The translations under genes and the position numbers were made by a program. 64,000 nt of DNA from Botryllus schlosseri (taxonomy: Eukaryota). The DNA is taken from contig CM119371.1 of NCBI GenBank assembly GCA_051294905.1, positions 24,802,001 through 24,866,000 on the forward strand, in the 5' to 3' direction. The notes under the pieces were generated by a model, which was given only the letters and a program-made list of their open reading frames with translations, had not been told where the DNA came from and did no database searches. This document shows positions 59,601 to 64,000 of the stretch, piece after piece; the stretch's first letter is position 1; the number at the start of each line of letters is the position of its first letter.

Positions 59601-62600
59601 TTTACAGATACAAAAGAATCACCATCAAACTGAAGGTTATAGATTCCGATTTTGATGTACTTCGCAAAGAAGAGGGGCCTAACTATCCTGAGTCGTATGT
59701 CAATCGTTAGAGATTTGGGCTGAATATCATTACAAAGTTATCTGTCTGAGTCAAATTCCCCAAAAAGTAAATGACTGCAAGAATTCTCTGCTGGTAGGAC
59801 CGAGAAATCAAGAAACCAGTCATGGAAATGTGCATAATATGACTGATTTGGAATTGAATCATGTTGGGGGAAGGTAGCCTACATCAACATGGACCACATT
59901 CATCTCGATTTCTACAATATCATCAACATGCAACTGAAGGTCATCCATTCTGATATGGATTTACTGCTCAAAGAGGCGACAAACTGCTCTGGGCCGAACG
60001 TCAATTGCTAGAGATTTGGGCTGAATATCATTACAAAGTTTGCTGTCTGTGTCAAATTCCCCAAAAAGTCAATGACTACAAGAATACTCGAGTGGTAGGA
60101 CCGTGAAATCAAGAAACCAGTCATGGAAATTTGCAAATATGACCGATTTGGAATTGTACCATGTTGGGGGAATGTAGCCTACATCAACATGGACCACATT
60201 CATCTCAATTTCTACAATAGCATCAACAATTCAACATGCAACTGAAGGTTGTCCGTTCTGATATTGATGTACTGTGCCTGTGTAATGATGGGACTAACTA
60301 CCTTGGTCCGAAAGTCAATTTCTTCAGATTTTGACTGACCGTCATTCCGAAGTTTGATGCTTGAGTCAACTCGCCAAAAATATGAATATACCACCAATCA
60401 AAATATAGTGAATGATTAGATCGACTCTGAAAAATGCTTCGGTTGGCACTATGACAAGGGATGTACCATGACAAATAATCTTTTATCTCTAGCAAGGTGC
60501 TGACAATAATGCTTGAAGAATTCGGTATGTATAGCATGGTATTTTATCATGTCTAGCAGAAAATGTTAGGTGTGCACACTGTGCAGTACTCATGATTGAA
60601 AGAAAAGGTTTTTACTTGGATGAGTTTGTCTTTGTAGACTATTTTCATTTCATGTGTTTGGCTATCATCATAATTTATTGTGTGATGATGAAGACCAGAC
60701 CCTGGAGATTCCTATTTACTCAACAAAAATGCAAATTGAAGGATTTCAGTTCTTTTCACAAACTGTTCAAGTATACAACATGATCATGAACAATGAAATA
60801 AGTCTGCCGATTTGTGTTACTTTATCAGTTGAGAATGTTGAATATATGCTGTGCAGATATGGTAGTTGGATTGGATTGTCGGGCTATTGAGAGAACACAG
60901 TAATGGTGGAATCTCGGCAAGTTTTGCGCAATTGATTAGGGGAGCACTGATGATTTCCAAGGTGACAGTAAGGTACTCCCAAGGAATTAAGGGAGCACAG
61001 GACACTCATTCCGTGCGGGTTAGATTCGAATGTGGATAAAACAACAAAGGTGACATTCCGTACTGTGAACACACAGAACAAGTTGTGCGCGGTGAAGACA
61101 GCGGGTGAAAAGCGCCATTGGCCCCTCGATTTTTACAGACAGTGTGGTGTCAAATATATATTCATAAGCCAGGATATTGTAAATTTTCGCCCTGTCCTTC
61201 AATTTACCTCCTGGCAGGGCATCGCCAGTAAAGTCATGACTAAATTTTGGAACTCTGAAAGCATGATGGCAAATCTAGCCATGGTATTTGATTCGAAAAT
61301 GGTTACAGAAATATAGCCGGAGTTTTTTTAATGCGCTCAGCTGCTCATCATTGAAATAGATATCGCGCTAGCGACCGCTGAGTTCCACAAAAAAATTGTT
61401 TTGTTTACTATTCTGTCGGCCTTGAGTAGCTTTTCAGTACAAATTGAGCATCTATTTACTGAACGCTAGCTCGTCTCAATGATCATCAGTTCGTCTGAAC
61501 GGCGTTTAAATATTGATGGTGCATCGCGAGAAATTTTGAACTGATGTTCCGTTTGAGTTATGTTCGAGCGAACAGACGATCAGACTTGAACTTGTTCAAT
61601 GTTGGTGCATACGGCCCCATGATTGGCAATCTAGAGTTCAAAATGAGGTTTTGTGAACTACACGCAATATAATTTTCGGTACATACATTCCAGAGCAGTT
61701 AACTGGTAACGGTATAATTGTGCATGTGTCTCCTTGAATATGTAGACTGTCCCGTATACAATTTTGAACAAATGCGTCCATTCCCACCAAAAACCATTGA
61801 ATTTGGGAACCACTGCTCTACACCAATACTCCCTCTAAGCTGCACTCGAGAAGTGCTGATACGGTCTATGTGCAGTGAAAATCTAAGCTGCGCACAAAAA
61901 AATCCGAATTCATGACCTTTTTGTTAGTCGTTTCGCAGTGTTGTCAAAAGGGACCATGCAGTGAGTTGGTGATTACGCGTAGACTCGTTAAAAATTAGAT
62001 GGAGTATTGCTCTACACGTCATAATATAGTGTATTTTGTCATCGCAATGTGTCCGTAACGTGTTTATATTAGCCAATACGCAGTCTATGAACTGGTGAAC
62101 ACATGTATGTGTCTCTAAATTTTTATCTTCATTTTATCATTCAAAGTTTCGAATCAACCAAGTCGACTATATCATTCGAATGCGAAATGAATGTGAGGAA
62201 TCGCAGCGAGAAATCGTGATGTGCTTACGAGTATTAACAAGTGAGAGGTTGCATTTTCATTCAGCTTTCTCATCTGTCGATATGGGATGGAACAATGACG
62301 TCAGATGTCTATTGCGATATCGCGGCTATTATCAGTATCACGGGATGTTCGGCAGTATCTTTCGTGGACTGCAATTTGACAAAGAAGAAGATGAGATGTT
62401 TCGCGGTAACCAGCAAAAGAAATCAATTATCTGTAAGTTGTAAAGTGTGCTAAGACATTTGCGGTTTTATAGATAGTTGTTATTCCGAAGACAGGACAAG
62501 AAAAGAGGCCAAGTATAAATCATACGAAGTCATCACGTTGATTTTAAATTCCCTTTGGACAATTGCAATATACCATGACGTCGCTATACCTATATTGATA

Positions 62601-63392
62601 ACACCTGCCTGCAAAATAATCTGGTTTCGATTTTTGATTTTTTCAAGTGGTTTTCCCAATTTTTGGGTACTGAATCCGCATATGATCTTAAATTAGGTCT
62701 AAAGCGTCAGGTGTTTTAGTAATCAAGATTAATTTAACTCACGAATTTTTGCATTTATCGCATTGATATTGTAAAAAGTAATTAATTAAACTTAGTCAAA
62801 TTAGATTAGAGCATAGACCACCAGGACCTAATACTACTAAAATGTAGAGAGTACGATCGACATCGGCAACATTTGCAAGAAAGTGAGCGGTATCATAACA
62901 TAGCTATGGAAATTAAACAGCGGCTCTCCAGCCTTTATACCTGTAGTAGTACAGTATTTACATTTGTCATATCATCCGTTAGAGAAATATGACATTAGGA
63001 TAGCCTTTATATACTACAGTATAGAACTTTCGATTTTGAAATGGACTGATGCAAAAAACCATCCACAGTTAAACGAAGGATTTCCAATTATACATACATA
63101 GACTACATACGCGCCACCACCTAATTCGGGGCCCTCGTAAAGTGCGTAAGACGTGTGTTGAGATCGAGTTTTAGATGTTTGACCTAAGGTGAAATGGTGC
63201 GGCTACCATTCAGAATATTCATGGCATAGACTATATAGGAAAAAAGAAGGCATTTGGATGATTGTAATTTCTGTCTTGTGAATGTCACAGGTTACAGACG
63301 TTGAAAAGCATTTTATTCCACACCTGTACTTGGATTCTGCATTGCGACCCAGCTCCTATTTCTGTTTTTACTCATCTTCCTCGAATCGATGA
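5572..63392 (+). CDS. Spliced NLR-like gene (short N-terminus with RHIM-like motif, NACHT, winged helix/HD2, LRRs), ~1039 aa. Exons: 5572-5638, 6071-6169, 6599-6664, 16053-17191, 20255-20417, 23232-23551, 23614-23763, 24044-24217, 26494-26661, 29328-29495, 32935-33102, 37783-37950, 62265-62432, and tentatively 63291-63392
   Basis: Every junction is GT..AG with matching phases (1,1,1,0,1,0,0,0,0,0,0,0,0), giving one stop-free frame. The NACHT winged-helix motif FSHQTMQ|EFCCALH is reconstituted across the 17191/20255 junction. Confidence 0.8.
6071..6169 (+). CDS. NLR exon 2, RHIM-like segment (RHALLAEGDQVIQYFENCTVNVVAGDQYTTVIN)
   Basis: Acceptor atcctcttag|, donor G|GTAAGC; 99-nt symmetric phase 1-1 exon with an open frame. 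Confidence 0.7.
6599..6664 (+). CDS. NLR exon 3, linker (EIPVAPGSPGNKSEQQQIRLEA)
   Basis: Acceptor tttttgtaacag|, donor C|GTAAGT; 66-nt phase 1-1 exon that joins in frame to 16053. Confidence 0.7.
6946..7998 (+). mobile_element. Internally deleted hAT transposon with a transposase C-terminal remnant
   Basis: TIR tagggccattt, 8-bp TSD CTGATAAC, subterminal aaagtcata repeats, and ORF 7502-7798 containing TLASVERSFS. Confidence 0.9.
9507..9762 (-). repeat. 3' LTR
   Basis: Direct repeat of 15479-15734 with 5 substitutions; preceded on the minus strand by PPT TAGGGGAGGAC. Confidence 0.97.
9797..12946 (-). pseudogene. pol: Gypsy pol (protease, RT, RNase H, integrase), disrupted
   Basis: Motifs DTGA, ICGDFK, FIDD, TDAS, EKEA, TDHKPL, HEGH..CDAC, HLDYAGP, VTDGGP, NGEAER. 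Lesions: a 19-bp tandem duplication frameshift (12605-12642) and nonsense codons at 11243 (RLQR*) and 10460 (DGGP*). Confidence 0.95.
12947..14402. mobile_element. Non-autonomous hAT (Charlie/Buster-type) inserted between gag and protease
   Basis: TIR CAGTGGTTCCCAAC, perfect TSD ATATAGTT; removing it restores DIDQLY-RRVGNQ in one frame. A partial related copy lies at ~34950-35400. Confidence 0.95.
13287..13833. mobile_element. GACTCGAGTC-repeat MITE, copy 1, nested in the hAT
   Basis: Dense gactcgagtc/gactt repeats; reverse-complement homolog of 21896-22466. Confidence 0.85.
14403..15428 (-). pseudogene. gag: Gypsy gag (two zinc knuckles), cut off from the protease by a hAT insertion
   Basis: WDQYLQRF...LLSWVG Mag-type gag; CSRCFIDHQRKDC and CQKCGRKGHIKPVC knuckles. 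Confidence 0.9.
15457..15476 (-). promoter_or_regulatory. Primer binding site complementary to a tRNA-Leu 3' end
   Basis: Minus strand TGGTGTCAGAAGTCGGATTC lies 2 nt after the 5' LTR and resembles the complement of the eukaryotic tRNA-Leu end (...GAATCCCACTTCTGACACCA). Confidence 0.8.
15479..15734 (-). repeat. 5' LTR
   Basis: Direct repeat of 9507-9762; followed on the minus strand by the PBS. Confidence 0.97.
16053..17191 (+). CDS. NLR exon 4: NACHT NTPase domain
   Basis: Walker A GEAGAGKST, Walker B VLLTIDGLD, sensor-1 ILTTSR, GF motif, LCRNPMFL, FSHQTMQ. Acceptor gttttcag|, donor CAG|GTTAGC. Confidence 0.95.
17375..18626. mobile_element. hAT MITE with a nested hAT MITE (17489-17942, TSD ATCTAATA)
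   Basis: TIR cagtggttctcaacc / ggttgagaacccctg, TSD gtctagat/gtctaggt; a second partial copy of the same composite lies at ~45150-46005. Confidence 0.9.
18916..20198. mobile_element. hAT MITE with AAGTAG subterminal repeats
   Basis: TIR cagaggtggtcaa, perfect TSD GGTATATG; ends 56 bp upstream of exon 5. Confidence 0.9.
20255..20417 (+). CDS. NLR exon 5: end of winged helix / HD2 (EFCCALHVPNL...QLLYGL...RKYLT)
   Basis: Completes the H-x-T-x-Q-E-F-x-x-A motif. Acceptor ttgttcag|, donor G|GTGAGT. Confidence 0.9.
20467..21820. mobile_element. hAT MITE with a nested MITE (20754-21072)
   Basis: Ends caggggtgggcaa / ttgcccaggtctg, TSD CGATAGCA; inner element cagtggttctc, TSD cactaaaa/cactgaaa. 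Confidence 0.9.
21896..22466. mobile_element. GACTCGAGTC-repeat MITE, copy 2, inserted in a GATCCGG-repeat MITE (~21878-22895)
   Basis: Ends cagggttgtaa / ttacaaaactg, perfect TSD GTAGGATC. Confidence 0.9.
23232..23551 (+). CDS. NLR exon 6: HD2 / start of LRR region (GRKTSIEECREMMFEQ...RLLSEC...VEVFE)
   Basis: Phase-1 acceptor cgcag|, donor GAG|GTAACT; overlaps ORF 23264-23569. Confidence 0.8.
23614..23763 (+). CDS. NLR exon 7 (AGYEIMESVEEIHL...WIKRSE)
   Basis: Follows a 62-nt intron; acceptor gttgcaag|, donor GAG|GTATCA; 150 nt, phase 0-0. Confidence 0.7.
24044..24217 (+). CDS. NLR exon 8, LRR (VHMGGLGLLRI...IENLRLN...TTRK)
   Basis: Acceptor cttcattcag|, donor AAG|GTGAGA; 174 nt, phase 0-0; IxxLxL motif. 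Confidence 0.8.
25870..26096 (-). mobile_element. tRNA-derived SINE copy
   Basis: B-box-like GGCTCGAGTCC followed by GACCGAGGTCGAC; homologous to 53320-53530 (+), ~1540-1700 (-) and ~56170-56255 (-). Confidence 0.6.
26494..26661 (+). CDS. NLR exon 9, 168-nt LRR cassette type C (VSIMTIEDK...FRGLSLAKCDLTDKDV...GIK)
   Basis: Acceptor tttttcag|, donor AAG|GTAAGA; ribonuclease-inhibitor-like xxLxLxxCxL motif. Confidence 0.85.
28446..28685 (+). mobile_element. Small hAT MITE (family also at 47718-47910 and 61824-62009)
   Basis: TIR caatgttccctc / gagggaacagtg; shared internal acgactaaaaaaggtcatc. Confidence 0.8.
29328..29495 (+). CDS. NLR exon 10, 168-nt LRR cassette A1 (LSEVRIWDGTMASDVYCD...VSFGNCDLTKQKL...NQIS)
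   Basis: Acceptor tttcattcag|, donor TCA|GTGAGT; open 56 codons, paralogous to 62265-62432; absent from the ORF track. Confidence 0.85.
30427..32473 (+). mobile_element. Kolobok-like DNA transposon remnant with degraded transposase
   Basis: Perfect 14-bp TIR GGGGGTAAGGTACT with TTAA at the right end; internal fragments CPDCG...KGFATEI...C and SKC...QNA. Superfamily assignment is inferred. Confidence 0.65.
32935..33102 (+). CDS. NLR exon 11, 168-nt LRR cassette B1 (LSRLQILDHEMPVEVYRE...MFQSCDLTRSKLSEFHTGC...ALS)
   Basis: Acceptor gcttcgtag|, donor TCT|GTAAGT; open 56 codons, paralogous to 37783-37950. Confidence 0.85.
33545..34279. mobile_element. hAT MITE with ATCGCCCCC subterminal repeats
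   Basis: TIR cagtggttcccaac, perfect TSD GTCTAAAT; partial copy at ~57780-58140. Confidence 0.92.
37783..37950 (+). CDS. NLR exon 12, 168-nt LRR cassette B2 (LSRLHIIDVKMPAECFRE...TFEHCELTRRKLSEFYTGC...DLC)
   Basis: Acceptor attttgtag|, donor TGT|GTGAGT; open 56 codons. Confidence 0.85.
38715..39713 (-). mobile_element. Deleted hAT transposon with transposase fragments
   Basis: TIR cagtgttgccactc, TSD GAGCTTAG, aaaacactag repeats; minus-strand fragments ..LAVRFP..LSGEW.. and LLALPHYTAFVE. Confidence 0.88.
40364..41247. mobile_element. Degenerate hAT (Charlie-type) element
   Basis: TSD TCCTAGGC; gcgggccg / ggccgcatgcggcc subterminal motifs. Confidence 0.7.
42039..44102 (+). mobile_element. 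CACTG-ended (CACTA/EnSpm-like) element, copy 1
   Basis: TIR cactgtaaaaaa, 2-bp TSD CG. Confidence 0.85.
44227..47670 (-). mobile_element. Inverted second copy of the CACTG element, interrupted by further insertions
   Basis: 44227-44945 is the reverse complement of ~43350-44102, and ~47045-47670 of ~42315-42935. Confidence 0.85.
46426..47033. mobile_element. hAT MITE with AAAGGGCCAA repeats
   Basis: TIR cagggttgccaga / tctggcaactctg, TSD GACGACGA. Confidence 0.9.
47718..47910 (+). mobile_element. Small hAT MITE
   Basis: TIR caatgttccctct, TSD CTCTTGAT. Confidence 0.9.
48044..49630. mobile_element. 1.6-kb foldback element with ~600-bp inverted arms
   Basis: 48044-48650 is reverse-complementary to 49030-49630; a further inverted match lies inside the spacer (48755-48830 vs 48905-48985); TA-rich flanks. 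Confidence 0.9.
50491..51591. mobile_element. hAT MITE with a nested MITE (50653-50991)
   Basis: TIR caggggtgggcaaac / gtttgcccacccgtg, TSD TGTTAGAG. Confidence 0.9.
52137..52740 (-). mobile_element. 5'-truncated CR1/L2-group LINE (ORF2 C-terminus, 3' UTR and (CT)n tail)
   Basis: HSHYTRS...SIDYSGPIIWNALP...FKKAL motif; the minus strand ends AATAAAGACTCTCTCTC. Confidence 0.85.
53320..53530 (+). mobile_element. tRNA-derived SINE copy
   Basis: GGAGTCGAGTCCGACCGAGGTCGACT head and a body shared with 25870-26096. Confidence 0.6.
54370..55525 (+). mobile_element. 5' portion of an I/Nimb-like LINE: 5' UTR plus pseudogenised ORF1 with three zinc knuckles; no ORF2
   Basis: PLRCHRCNRFGHTKANC..TCSKCGSHEH..C..RCVNCKMPHSAAYGGCP; in-frame TAA at 55190; begins CATTCAGTT. 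Confidence 0.85.
58332..61617. mobile_element. PIF/Harbinger-like non-autonomous element with unidentified cargo
   Basis: Perfect 19-bp TIR GGGCCGTATGCACCAACAT; the 3-bp flanks aat/cat match only imperfectly. Confidence 0.75.
59628..60400. repeat. ~300-bp tandem repeat, about 2.5 copies, coding-like
   Basis: tagagatttgggctgaatatcattacaaag at 59708 and 60009; aactgaagg at 59628, 59932 and 60240. Confidence 0.9.
61824..62009 (-). mobile_element. Small hAT MITE, inverted relative to the 28446 and 47718 copies
   Basis: Ends caatactccctctaa / ttagatggagtattg, TSD CTCTACAC. Confidence 0.85.
62265..62432 (+). CDS. NLR exon 13, 168-nt LRR cassette A2 (LSHLSIWDGTMTSDVYCD...VSFVDCNLTKKKM...NQLS)
   Basis: Acceptor tttcattcag|, donor TCT|GTAAGT; open 56 codons; 34/56 aa identical to A1 by manual count. 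Confidence 0.8.
63291..63392 (+). CDS. Possible terminal coding exon of the NLR (VTDVEKHFIPHLYLDSALRPSSYFCFYSSSSNR*)
   Basis: Acceptor-like ttctgtcttgtgaatgtcacag| with a phase-0 frame open to TGA; no homology support. Confidence 0.35.
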   Translation, partial: VTDVEKHFIPHLYLDSALRPSSYFCFYSSSSNR

Positions 63393-64000
63393 ATTTTTTT
63401 CACTATTCCTCTTAGATTGATCACACGACGATCATAAAGATCTTAACTTTAATTGAACCCTGATGCATCAAATGAAATTCTTTGTTTCTTAATTTTATCG
63501 GGGTAAATCACCTGGATTTGCCAAATCACAATGCAGAGTTTAGGGCCCTGAGATTCTAAAAACAACAGCGTAATATTTATATTATATTTATTTCAGGGGA
63601 GAGTTTAACATATTGCCATGATATACCAATTCATCTCTTAAAAGAGTTGGTGGCATGAATACCATTCCGAGGAATGGACGGTATTTATATATAGCTCAAA
63701 ACGCATGTAAAATAGGGTTATCATCATACATGTTCCTTTTTCCAGGTTTTTGAAAATATCCTCCTAGGACGCCTAAACGTCTTCCATTTCGGAAGTTCGT
63801 GCTCCTTTACAGCTTTTAGAGCAGTAGTTCCCAATCGGTGGGGAGAACACCACTGATGGGAAATTCAATGATTTCTGCTGGAGAATAGACGCATTTGCTA
63901 AACATCATATACAGCAGGGGTTCTCAACTTCACATGTACAACGGGCCGCATTTTGCCCGCAAAAGAAGCTGCGGGCCGCAAAACATTATTGCCATGCATT

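Noticed and set aside
60280..60330. GTNYLGP as a parvovirus/adintovirus PLA2 calcium-binding loop (endogenous virus)
   Set aside because: The motif is not conserved in the other repeat units and no DxxAxxHDxxY catalytic motif follows at the expected distance.
38000..62200. Additional 168-nt LRR cassettes in the 24-kb intron
   Set aside because: None was found by eye and the interval is mostly accounted for by transposons; a degenerate cassette cannot be excluded without tBLASTn.
62180..62443. 87-aa ORF MRNECEE... as a gene
   Set aside because: It is an alternative frame over cassette A2; only the 62265-62432 frame is conserved with A1.

Overview
Eukaryotic, intron-rich and transposon-dense DNA from an invertebrate animal (an ascidian-like deuterostome is plausible but cannot be established from the sequence). 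One spliced plus-strand gene, largely missed by the ORF track, spans almost the whole window. It is an NLR-type immune receptor (~5572-63392, 13 well-supported exons plus a tentative last exon, ~1040 aa). It has a short N-terminus with no death-fold domain but with a RHIM-like, amyloid-type motif in its own exon, an intact NACHT NTPase, and an LRR region built from five exactly 168-nt phase-0 cassette exons (order C-A-B-B-A) that arose by exon-plus-intron duplication. The introns hold a full-length but disabled Mag-like Ty3/Gypsy element, many hAT MITEs with 8-bp TSDs, CACTA-like, Kolobok-like and foldback elements, LINE fragments, a tRNA-derived SINE, and a Harbinger-like element carrying unidentified tandemly repeated coding-like cargo. 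Exon boundaries and alignments were worked out by eye and are not supported by transcript data.
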